From Epiperipatus broadwayi (taxonomy: Eukaryota; Animalia; Onychophora): 64,000 nt of DNA. Below the pieces are notes generated by a model. It saw nothing but the letters and a program-made list of their open reading frames with translations. It did not search any database and had not been told where the DNA came from. Below are positions 52,516-64,000 of the stretch, piece by piece. Every line of letters begins with the position of its first letter. Position 1 is the first letter of the stretch. The translations under genes and the position numbers were made by a program. The stretch lies in contig JAQFVV010000006.1 of the NCBI GenBank assembly GCA_028023455.1, forward strand, positions 19,468,001-19,532,000, given 5' to 3'.

Positions 52516-52997
52516 TATTTTTTTTACATTTTGATTATATGCTGAATAATAAATATTTTGGATAGAACGTGCTAAATAAAATATATTATTAAAATTAATT
52601 TCTTTTTATCGGTTTTTTTAATATAGCTATTTCCTAGCAGTGGTAGAGTGGAAATTCTGAAGTTCAAGGTCACTCTATCAATTTTGATCTTCTTATGAAA
52701 TCAATTTGATTTTTTTTTTTTCCATTGTGACTACTACTTTGTATAATTAGCCTAGCGATAAAATGGAGGGTTGAAAAATTAAATAAAAGAAAAACTGCCT
52801 TTAAATAGTTCACTGCAGAACAGAGATTTCTATAATAGCCTCTCATAAAAAAAGCAATGAGGAAAAAAAATACTAATCATCAAGTTTGTTAGTTATTGGC
52901 AATAATGGTTTGTTAATTAAAAAATATCTAGATACCTATTTACCAATCAACATGACTGGGTGTACAGTTACCTGAAAAAAAAAATTGTTGTTTTATT

Positions 52998-53062
52998 CAG
53001 CCTGGATTCAAACTAATCCCCAAGCATAGCAAGCAAATGCATTCTCACTGCACCATAAGACC
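52998..53062 (-). other. tRNA-derived SINE-like head (remnant)
   Basis: A-box-like TGGTGCAGTG and B-box-like GTTTGAATCC on the minus strand. Confidence 0.4.
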
Positions 53063-55124
53063 TTTTATTTCTACTATAGTAAACCAAAATAATTATATAT
53101 AAAATAAAGGCATGTGTGGTAAACAATAACTGAAATGTAATTGTATTTAAATTAAAGACCTTCAGTGAAAATTTGTGCACTTAATTTCATGTTACTATAG
53201 AACTTGTATGCGTGTGATTTAGTCAGATCGTTTATTGTAATCAATTTAAAACTGGAAAAAAACAACAACTTAAGGACATAAAAGACACTTCTTTTTAAAA
53301 CAAAAATATATAATGATAAAACTATCTCATTTAGAATTTGAAGCAGGATTAATTACATTTTTATCACTTTATTCCTTTCTATAATATATAACAATATTAA
53401 TAGCAAATAGAAACATTTTAACACTCACGATGTGTTTTAATATTTCAGCAATTTTAAAATACTTTAATAAATATGCCTAGTAATTATAGGTAATAACCTA
53501 CTGCTTTGAGTAATGACTACAAATTATATTAGTAAATGTGTCGTGATATTCTCGAAGTAATGGGTGCTAGGTCATATGACAACTAATAAGTCACAGATTT
53601 GAAAATATTTTCTATTTTGCTGATGTTTTTAATTTTTAAATTGTGATTATTAAAGAAGTCAGCCAATTTATCTATGTTTTATTGCATTTCTCCGTTGTCA
53701 AGAAGAGAAATAGTTAAATCCCATAAGAACTTGTCAAACTGCCTTTTGAAAAATTATATAGCGCTTGAATGACAGAAGAAAAATAAACTTCACAATAAGC
53801 CCTTTATAATGACTTTTTTTTTTTTTTAAGAAATAAAAATCTATTTATATTAATAAAATAAACGATGTGAAGAAGAAATTATACCTTCAATTACTTATTA
53901 ACATTTTAAGTCATCAAAAATTAAATTGTGTATATGAACAAATCAAAATTGAGAAGATTGGTTTATTAGCTTTTCTTGATATCATCAACACATTTTCTAT
54001 TAAACAGAAATTTTATTTTAAATAAAAGTATTATGTAGATATAAAAGCATAAATATCTATGCAATTTGACGCAGCTATGGTGTTTCTGACCTAAGAATTC
54101 AATTTGATATTTCTGATGATTGAATGTTATATGACCTCACTAGTATCAAAGTATTTTAGTTCTATGTGATTTAGTACACTAGCATAATAATAGACTTGAA
54201 ATCTAAATTCAAACTATCACTTCCGAATCTAAAACAATGGATGATCTCCAAATAATCTTCACATTGTTTTAATATTTGAGAGTCGACCCAATTTAAGCAA
54301 ATCCCAAAATATAGTGGCATAAAACTTTTTTAAAGATTTTTCCATTTTTATAAGAGGAAAAGTTTTTAAACAGGATTATTCAACCATCCAGTCATTTGTC
54401 AAATGAAACTGTTGTATCAAATAGAATTTTAAAATGATTAATTGGTAATTGTAGGGCATATGGAAGATCCCAATTAAGAATTTAAATCTGTTAAATGCAT
54501 TTTCATTATTGCTATCTTAATATTGAGGGTTTTTATATGCAAAGAAGGGGCGGGATTGTAATCAGAATTGCTGTGTATGTAATTAAAGAAATGAAATGTA
54601 GTTGCACAAACACACAATAACATTGGCACAGTTACTGCAGACAGATAACTGATAGCCTAAAAGGACTCATGATGGCCGGGCCCTGCATTACTTAAATAAC
54701 AAGACAAAAAATGAAAAAAAAAAAAAAAAGATCAAAATGCGACCAAAAAAAAACAAGTGTCATAAATAATACAGTGTCTTTGATAAACTGAAATCTTATC
54801 TTAAAAAAGAGTAATGGATACTTCCTACTGCTTTTATTATGCAATTAAACCTCATACCTGAAGATCATTTTATTATCTATACAACCAATCAGTTCTACAT
54901 GTCACTGCATTATGTATATAATTAAACAACAACATTAATGTAATTTTTTACATTACACAGTAACTGAAGAAAAGAGTGTAATGTAATCCATAAGGACAAT
55001 AAACAGATCTGTGACATACAATAAATAAATTTAATACAATGGGCATGTTAATAGCTCTACACAAGCTTTTTGATAAATGCTGCAAGAGAAAGCATTTAAA
55101 ATCTCTATCTAGAATTATTCCTAT

Positions 55125-55164
55125 CCCCAAACCAATTTCGAGTTAATGACTCTAGTTAATGACG
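55125..55164 (-). ncRNA. Decayed type-I hammerhead motif (family B)
   Basis: Minus strand reads cgtca TTAACTA gagt-catta-actc GAAA ttgg TT tgggg; the core is mutated but stem II is intact. Confidence 0.6.
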
Positions 55165-55782
55165 TGCTAGGACATTCAGACACTAGATCTAAAATACAAA
55201 CTCAACCCCAGCATTTACTATTAAATAGAAAATCTGAAATTTTCAGACATCTATGTCTTCAAATCCTGCTATCTAACTTAAATAGCCATACGGGACTGAA
55301 CAAAATTTCAGATAAAAAATATATTAATAGTCTTAGCAATATAACATCACCAAAGCCTTAAAAGCCAAACTACAATAGTAAGGAAACCCAAGTCATACAT
55401 CACATGATTTGATAAGCTTGTATTTACAAATGTAATATAATGAGTGTGCTAAAGCTTTAAGCAAACTTTTTGATAAATGCCACAAGAGGAAGCATTTAAA
55501 ATCTATATTTAGAATTATCTCTATTATCCTTACTATTACTAGTATTATTATTGCTATTATAGTTTGCCTTTTAAAGCTTTGGTAATGTTATATTGCTAAG
55601 ACTATTATTATATGGAGTATCTGAATTTTGTTCAGTCCCATATGGCTATTTAAGTTAGACAGTTGGATTTGAAGACATATATATATGACTGGAAATTTTA
55701 GATTTTCTACTTAATAACTAAGTATTCAATAAATGCTGAGCTTGAGTTTGTATTTTAGATCTAGTGTCTGAATGTCCTAGCA

Positions 55783-55822
55783 CCTCATTGACGAGAGCCA
55801 TTAGCTCGAAACCGGTTTAGGG
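55783..55822 (+). ncRNA. Type-I hammerhead motif (family B)
   Basis: cctca TTGACGA gagc-catta-gctc GAAA ccgg TT taggg: one core change (C3U), perfect stem II, palindromic CCGG stem III. Confidence 0.75.
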
Positions 55823-56051
55823 ATAAGAATAATTCTAGATAGAAATTTTAAATGCTTTCTCTTGCAGCATTTATCAAAAAGCTTGTGTAGAGCTATTAGA
55901 ATACTCATTATATTACATTTGTAAATACAAGCTTATTAAGTCATGTGAAATATGACTTGGTTTCCTTATTATTAATAAATAAATTTTAAAAAAGGTGTCA
56001 TGAAAATAGAAAAATATATAATTTTGTCAATATTTTATTTTGTAACACAGG

Positions 56052-57521
56052 TCATCATCATCATTTTCAACCATTATCAATCCATTGTGAGATGAAAATC
56101 TCTTGGATTCAATACCTAACCTCTCTTTTCTACAGCACACCATTATTTACATATGTCATCTCATTTTTAGGTCTTTTACAATCTCTGGGAATTCCATTTA
56201 AGAATTCAACTGTTCATCTATTACCATATCTTCTGGCAATATGTCCAATCCAGTTCCATTTCAGTTTAATTCTTTTAATGATGTCATTGACACTGCTTTA
56301 TTCTCTCGCCCATGAATTTTGTTTTTCAATCTCTTATTATTATTTCTAACTTACATCTCTTTTGTGTGAAATTTCTGAATTGCTCTTCCAATAAGTATCC
56401 AAGTCTCAAATTCATAAGTAAGAAATGACCAAATAACTGGGCATATTTACTTTTAATATTATTTCCATCCAAGTTTAATTTTATTGTTAATTTATTCCAA
56501 TATGTTTCCACTGGCATTAGTTATTCACTTCTTTTAGTTCATTATTAATCTCTTCTTCTGATCAAATTAATTCAACTTTCTTTAGGTTTTTTAGTATTTA
56601 AATTTAGTCCAATTTTTTTTTTTTTACTATGATCTGATAACTTTTGCAACATTTCCTAATGCTTTGGAGCATTATTGACAAAAGCAACTAAACTGCAAAA
56701 TCTAGAAGACTTAAAGAATCCCTCTTTACTTTTATTCCCTTAGCTTCCTATTTTAAACGACTAAATATTTCTTGTTAAACTGCATACAAAGTTTTGGAGA
56801 TAAGAAATCATCCTGTCATAAATTCTTCTCAATATATGAATTTTCTTAGTAGCATGCTTATAGAATCAAATGTAGTTCCATAATCTACAAATCCAAAATA
56901 GAATTGGCAACTCATACCATTGGTTTTTTCTAAAACTTGTTTCAATACTCAGATGTAATACAGTGTGCTAAAACTATATTTAAAGTTTGCTGTAAACGAA
57001 TTTTAATTTCTTGCTAAAGATTTTGTATAGAATCATAAAAGACTGATAAATCTGTAATTTCTAATGTCTTCTTTATTACTTTTCTTAAATATCAGCATTA
57101 TTATTGCATCCTTCCAATCAACTGGCACATCTGTATCATTTAAATATTTTTCTATCACCTATTTATTTTAAGACATCAATTATAATTCCCAGAACTTTCT
57201 CATTCTTCATAAATTTAATTGCATACCTCACTTCATTTAAAATGCTGGGCACTTCAGAACATCTAATAACTGTAAGAAATACTTTGTTTTATTGTTCTTT
57301 GTTACTATAAAATTATTTACAACCTTTTTCCAAATATTTCATGACATCATATCTCTTTTTAGTAATAGTTTCATTTTTTTCTATTAATTGCTGAAATAAC
57401 ATTCCTTCCAATACCAAAATATTGTTTTATACTATTTTAAGATGCCTTTTGCCAAATTCACAATACTATTTTCTTATATCATTATTACTGCTTTTTTATA
57501 CCATTTTACAAAACTCTAGAT
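56052..57521 (-). mobile_element. Decayed RTE LINE, 3' part (split by the hAT element)
   Basis: (TCA)n tail at 56052-56063 and collinear RT remnants; continues at 61292. Confidence 0.85.
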
Positions 57522-57728
57522 CACACATGTCCAATAGGAGACCCACATGACTGCCAAATGGTCTGCAACCCACAAAAAAATGGTATCTAACATGGCTTTA
57601 ACAATATTGTATTTTTTAAAATTAAAGTTATAATATAGGAGAAGTGAACACAGGCTTTCAAGTTCCCTTTGGCTATCCACTCTACCTCATACAACTGATC
57701 AACATAACCACACATGAGAAAAAGATAA

Positions 57729-57784
57729 ATGATCTCAATATGTATTTCATGCTGAACCAATACTCATCAGTTGTCCCAGATCAT
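57729..57784 (-). ncRNA. Minimal type-I hammerhead motif (family A, second copy)
   Basis: atgatct-ggga-caa CTGATGA gtattg-gtt-cagcat GAAA taca TA ttg-agatcat. Confidence 0.72.
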
Positions 57785-58844
57785 TATCTACCATATATAT
57801 ATATAATAAGTTCTCAGTTTATATTAAAATAGAAAATCTTCAAATTTTAATGGACAGGTTTCAAATAAAGCTGTAAATGTATTCATGAATAAACAATTTG
57901 CAGTAAAAATTGCAGCAACCTCATGCAGATTTTGTGGTTTGCGGCATTAAGATGGCACTGTGATTGCTACATCTTCTCTACATTATGTTATGACAACCTT
58001 GCATTAACCATGCAAAGTTTTATTTTATGCACTTATGAATTTAAAATTTTTAGTAGGAAAAAAAAAACCTGAAGATATCATTATTATATGACCTTTTAGA
58101 CAAGGACAAGAGTTTAATTTGCATAACAATGTCATGAGGAAGGATAGCCCTGGATGTCAAGAGAAATGATAATTTCTGATTGGCAGAGTATTTTAGCCTG
58201 AGGCTAAATCAAATAATTTACATTACTAGAAAAAAAATGTAATTTTCAATAATTTGTTTACAAATTAAAAATTACTATACAATATTTTTGTAAGAAACAT
58301 TTTAAGCCAAAAATTTACATCACTAATAGAAAATTTTCTTTGAAAATAATTTATTCTTAAAAAAACAACACTTAGCTACTGGGTGAACTAAAATCACCTT
58401 TGCCAAAAAGATAAAGAAAATATTTTAAAATTTTTTAATAACCATAAATAGTATATATATATTTTCTTTCTTTGATGATAACTAAGCCACTAAATATATC
58501 TTTCTTTTAATAGCATAAAATTCAAATATCTACTATTTCATTCTACAAATGTTTGAATAGATAGTCTGATCACAAGGGCCATTGTTATAAAAAGACTCCA
58601 CTTAAAAATTTATTTACATATTTTGTAAATATCAAATATTAACTTTTAGAATGTCAATCATTTGAAAGCTCATATTTGTATTAAATAATGTTAAGATTAT
58701 CATTATATGATATAGAAAAAAGATTTAATTGTCAAAATAAAATGTTCAAATATAGAGGAATGTCAACAAAATATTTGTTAGATCCCATTTAAAATAGAAA
58801 GATGCAATTTTCTGCTGAACAGCTTAAATAAATATAAACACATT

Positions 58845-59379
58845 TCAAAAAATTAATATTTCCATTAAGAGTTAAAATATGTCAATATACTGCGCAATTT
58901 TAATGTACAAGTATTGAATACACTGAATGAGGGCATAACATAAACAATGAGCTCCACCCATAAGAAAGTGCACATTATTTCATTCTCCACTGTTAGTACT
59001 ACGTTTTTAAAACAAATTACTTTTGACTTCAAATTCTAATCATGCTTCAGTCAAAATAGTCCTATATCAGGAAGTGTAGTTTTCTTTGTGATTAACTAAG
59101 AATTTATTAAAATATCAAAATTAATATTTCCATTAAAAGATAAAATAAATATCAATCTACTGAGCAATTTTAATGCTCAAATATCATACAGTGAATGAAA
59201 ACATGGCATAAATAGAATTACATTCCATGAGAAAGTATATATTATTTCATCAATCCTTTATTATTAATTTTTTAAACAAATTATTACGATTTTTCACTTC
59301 AGATTTCTAATCATGCTTTACTCAAAATACATTAGAAAGTATAGTTTTCTTAATAATTAATTAAGAATTTATTAAAATA
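58845..59379. repeat. Diverged tandem duplication, period 270 bp, inside the hAT element
   Basis: tcaaaa.ttaatatttccatta at 58845 and 59115; ttctaatcatgctt and taagaatttattaaaata recur. Confidence 0.8.
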
Positions 59380-59400
59380 ATGTTTAAGCCCTCTACAAGT

Positions 59401-61074
59401 ATGAGTAAAAAATGATTACTTGAAGAGCATTGTTCTTTTCAAGAAAAATGGAAATTATAATATTTTTGTATTCAAAGAAAAAATTAAATTTTATGGCTAA
59501 TATGTAAAAACACTATTATGGTTTGCATATTAGAAAACACTATGATATAATTCATAATGATAACTATGACAAATGTATTGAGAAATTTCATGAAGATAAA
59601 TTGCCAGAATTAAAGTTGACATTTCAAAAACAACAAAGTATATTTACCAAACCTACTGAAGATTATACAGTTGCTGTGAAAATTAGTTACTTGATATCGC
59701 ATTTAACTGCAAGCAAGTTGAAATCATTCACTGGAAGGAAACTTATTTGCAAATGTATTATTAAAGCTGTGGAAGTATTGTATCCAGAACAATTAAAGAA
59801 ATCAAAAATAAAAATTTGACTCAAAATATTATTGCCAGCATAATTGATGATATAGTCAGGAATTTAAGGAATTAACTGAAATCAATAATTACAACATTTG
59901 AGGTCTAGTTCATTACAAGCAATGAAAATACAGACAAGCAGGATAAAGTTCAGCTGGCTGTTTTTATTCGTGGATGCAATGTGAACTTAAGTACTTCTGG
60001 AAATTATTCCAATGCACGATACAACCAATGGAGTTGATATTTTTAATGTACTTATGACAGTTTTGAAGGAATACGATTTATCATTAAAAAACTGGTTTCT
60101 CTTGCAACTGATAGAGGGTGTTTCGTCATGACTGGTGTTATTATAGGAATTATTGCACAACTAAAAGAAAAATGTGGAGAACAAGATAATACTTTCAACA
60201 TTTTTATTGCATTATTCATCAACAAATATTATGCCCTAAAATTTTAAATATCAAACACCATTAAAATTGTAAATTATATTTGTGCAGATGGGTTTAATCA
60301 TGTCAATTTAACACGTTTTTAAAAGATATAGAAAGTAAATACACCGATCTACTTTCTTATACATAAATTCAGTGGCTCTCTAGTAATAAAGTTTTAAAGT
60401 GATTCTTACAATTACTAAAAGAAATTATTATTATTTTACAAATATGAATGTGGAATATTAAAAGGTGATCAATGGATAAAAGAGCTGGTTTTTTAGTTGA
60501 TATTATAAATCATTAACTTTATTTTAAATTACAAGGCAAACATCATGAGGTTACCACATTATTTGATAATATCAACATTTTCAGAAAAAAATTATTACTC
60601 TAATAAAAACAAGTTCAAAAAGAAAATTCATCTCATTTTAAATGTAGCCAATCATTATTACAAAAATTACTAGAATTGAAATTTTCAGAATATGCCAATC
60701 AAATTAAATGATTAGCAATTGAATTTGAAAAAAGATTTTTGGACTTCAAGAAGTGTGAATATCAATTTCATCTATTTATATCTTCTCTATCTATTGATGA
60801 TGAAACTGTTAATGACAATTTTCAACTGGAATTAATCACAATTCAGTGTGATTCCATATTGAAACTAAAACATATGGATGTTGGCATGCCACATTTCTAT
60901 AAGTATTTATTTTCTATATGTTATGTGCAATTAAGCTTTTCAATTTTTAGAAATAATAAAACTATGGGCAGATTAAGAGGACTAGTCCAGCAGGTACAAT
61001 CAATTTTAGAAATAACTACAACTGAACAAATTCAATCAACTTTTGAAGATTTGGTTAATGAAAAAGGTTTCTAA
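59401..61074 (+). pseudogene. GTF2IRD2/SPIN-like hAT transposase pseudogene
   Basis: MSKK*..EEHCSFQEKW, HIRKHY, QQSIFTK, YCIIHQQILC (CxxH motif) and QWLSSNKVLK; many stops and frameshifts. Confidence 0.85.
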
Positions 61075-61291
61075 GTATCTTCAAAAAAATGATATAATTT
61101 TATTTAAATATAATAAAGATGATAAACAAAACTACTTTATATGTATTTTTGTAATGTGACATGTTATTTTATATGTGCAATTGCAATTTTAATAATAATA
61201 AAAAAAATGTTTTCTCTCTAATTTCAGTTTTTTTGTTTTTTTTTGTAATATATATCATGGTCCTTGATCATTTATGAATTTGATATGCCTG

Positions 61292-62080
61292 TTCTAGATA
61301 TTCATTTCTTTGTAATGGATTATTCTTTTTCTTTTTTCATACATTGTCTTGTCTCAATAGAAAATTTATTTGATAAATTGCTTCTTTTTTGTATCAGCTA
61401 TTTTTGTTGCAGTTCTTAATAATTTATTAGTTACTTTCTTATTGATTTCAATCAAATCTGAAACTTCAAAATTTGTCAATATTTCAAAGTCAATTGCAAA
61501 TTCTAATTTAAATTCATAAGAGTATTTCTAAAGAACAGAAATATCAACTATTTATATTCTTTTTCTTAATAATTTTTGTTTCTCTAATTCTGCATTCACA
61601 TATATCTTGTATCTTGTTAACTAATGATCACTTTCTGTGTTAACTCTATTAAGAACATTACAATATTGAAATAAATATTTTCTGTTAGTCAAAATATAAT
61701 CCAATTTGTCTGTATTTTCATTTGGATGCTTCCATGACCATATAACATTTTAACAAAGAAAGAAATAATAATATAGTTTTTCTTTTACTATGAAATTCAT
61801 AAGTCTGTATTCTTTCTCATTTCTATCACTATAATCAAAATTACTCACAATGCATTCATCTTTCGACCATATTCCAATTCTAGCATTAAAGTCTTCCATA
61901 ACAATTTAAAAATATTTTTGGTCTGATCAAAAGCATTTTTTATATCCATCTAAAATTCTTCTATTTTTTCATCATAATGAGAATTTTTGGGGAATAAATC
62001 TTCATTATCTACATTTCATATTTTCCATTAAGTTGAATAACTAATCTCTGCAATTCTGTCTGAGATACAACATACTAAAA
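61292..62080 (-). mobile_element. Decayed RTE LINE, 5' (endonuclease and linker) part of the copy at 56052
   Basis: Reverse complement aligns with 24650-25440 of the full-length copy. Confidence 0.8.
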
Positions 62081-62399
62081 TTAAAATATTTACAAAGGAT
62101 TCTGATAATATGCTACACATTGTAATAAAACATAATGAGTAGCCTATTAAATAAAGCTTAATCAATTGGATAACTTAAGATGGATTGCAGAAAAACAAAA
62201 TAAACTGATAAAGTATTTCAATACATAATTCAAATAATTTCCAAATACAAAAATTTTCACAACACACAGATTTAACCATCTGTAATAAAAATAATTAAAT
62301 CTATGAAGTCAATTCAAAAAAAAAGATCAATAGTGATTAAAAATATAATCCACAATTATGTTAAAATTTATTTAGATATGCCTGATTTTATAAAATCCC

Positions 62400-63400
62400 A
62401 CTTAAATGTCTGCTAAAAAAAAAAAAATCCTCAACTTTCTACTTAATTGGATTGCACACATAAGTATCTTGCCCCAATTTTCAAATATTCTTAGATATCT
62501 TCTTAATTATCATTTATCAACTTTCTTTTTTCTATTTTTTATTATACCACCCCCCAAATTCCCTTTCAATACATCATTTTTCTACCTTCATAAATTATTA
62601 ATTCTCTTCTTCTGATTCTCATCCTCTCATTTCCATAATCTCCTCCAGGATTTATCCTTTAAAATGTCCTAATCTCTAAATACATAATTCAATTTACCAA
62701 TAAATAACCTTTTCTTTCAATTAGTTTTCTTAACATTTTTATATTTTTAAATTTAACCTTTTTATTTAATCTTCCCCCTTCTTTCCTAAATAAAATATCT
62801 AAGAAAGACTTTTTTCTGAAATCTAATTTCAGCCATCCATAAAATAGTTTCTTATCTGTATTAACAAGTTACTTAGCTTTTGCAATTCTCATTTCGATTT
62901 CTTTATTGCTATCCGCATTACCAATTTATTACTTTTTGTCCAATCCTACTTTAAAGTTTTATTTGCCAATGGTTTAATTTTAGTCATGTTTATTTTAATT
63001 TCACGCTTTATTATTATTTTTTTGACAAATATCAATTTTATCTAAATACAGTACTATCATAACAACTGCAAAATAGATACAAGAACTTTCCTTCTCCAAT
63101 ACTAATTCCATTCTTCTTAAAACAACACTCATGTAGCAACTTAATATTAAAAACAATGTTAGATTTATATCTATTCCTATATCTATCTATCTTACAAATG
63201 TCTTCTGCCTCAAATACAAATTTCCTAACAGTTACATATTTTTCCAATCTATACCTTCACCTTTTATATATTTCTATCACTCCTACTTTAACTTCATCCT
63301 TTGTTTTGTTTCCTTTTTTAAATTTCAAATTACTTTTCAGATAAGAACATATATATTACCAAGACTATGAACAATATCTTAGCAGTATTAAATAATTATT
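62400..63400 (-). mobile_element. Decayed LINE RT remnant, possibly RTE-X-like
   Basis: SNKEIEMRIAKAK...KKLF..LKLDFRKK resembles the RTE-X thumb region; catalytic motif not cleanly readable. Confidence 0.5.
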
Positions 63401-64000
63401 CTAAAATTCTTACATTTTGTTATACCAGATTTTTTGTCTAATTGCTCTTACTTGCTGAAAATAAATAAAATGATGAGTTTTCTAAGTGATAAATTATATT
63501 GTGAATGTCAATTAATTCCCTTGTGTAATTATGTTCATGCCTAATTTAACTGTAATCACATTAGTTGCATATGTCAGTCATAGTTTTTATCTTTTGCTTA
63601 ATTATTGCACAAAATTTATTCATTATTTACAGAATTTTTTTAAATTCAATAATCTCAAATGAGGTTTGCCATTTGTAATTGCATAATCACTTGTATATTT
63701 TCTCCATCTTTTCACTATATTTTTATACTTGTTTTGTTAAAAACTTATCAGCCCTGTCATTACATTTTCCTTAACTGGGTTATATTATTTTACTATACAT
63801 TATATTAAATCAAACATTTTTACTCTTTTATATATATATATTCTCTTTTAGCAATTTTAACCTAGTTTTAACTTTCACTTTCAATTCATTGTCAAACACA
63901 CACTTTTAGTTTTTACAATATTAATATTTCTCTCAATTTTAACATTATATTGATCACAAATCTTCTGCTGATCTTTCATTGATTACTCTCGAAATAAATC

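Larger units (their letters stand above)
55024..55973. mobile_element. Hammerhead-containing 400-bp repeat in partial tandem plus inverted arrangement (retrozyme or Penelope-like pseudo-LTR)
   Basis: 55024-55524 is a partial tandem with period 400 (agaattat at 55111 and 55511). 55530-55973 is a reverse-complement copy of the unit. Each complete unit has one hammerhead motif. Confidence 0.78.
57522..61291 (+). mobile_element. hAT-superfamily (SPIN/Charlie-like) DNA transposon, decayed
   Basis: 8-bp TSD ctctagat (57514-57521) and ttctagat (61292-61299); imperfect TIRs cacacatgtccaa and caggcatatcaaa (reverse complement); RTE sequence is collinear across the insertion. Confidence 0.8.

Noticed and set aside
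54545-54690. GC box, CCAAT-like motif and GGCCGGGCCC as a promoter
   Set aside because: Isolated motifs without a CpG-rich context or an adjacent exon.
55146-55361. 71-aa ORF inside the hammerhead repeat
   Set aside because: Not preserved in the inverted copy because of indels, and antisense to the ribozyme.

Overview
Strongly AT-rich, CpG-depleted eukaryotic (animal, probably arthropod-like) genomic DNA. It is mostly intronic or intergenic and dominated by nested transposable elements; there are no prokaryotic operons, rRNA or CRISPR arrays. Elements found: (i) at least six copies of one RTE-clade LINE family, including two decayed full-length copies with a shared ~450-bp 5' UTR and one near-intact copy broken only by a 4-bp duplication; (ii) a 4.4-kb L1/Tx1-like LINE with a perfect 15-bp target-site duplication and an inverted 5' segment, inserted in the spacer of a long inverted repeat; (iii) a SPIN/GTF2IRD2-like hAT transposon that splits an RTE copy; (iv) two TTAA-flanked piggyBac-like non-autonomous elements; (v) other LINE remnants, two tandem tRNA-Gly(TCC) pseudogenes and a few tentative host exons. 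The most interesting signals are not in the ORF track. Four minimal type-I hammerhead ribozyme motifs of two families are present. One family sits in a 400-bp unit arranged as a partial tandem plus an inverted copy, resembling a retrozyme or a Penelope-like pseudo-LTR. There is also an array of a conserved ~20-bp motif next to a CpG-rich, promoter-like island. All alignments and folds were done by eye, and boundaries of decayed elements are approximate.
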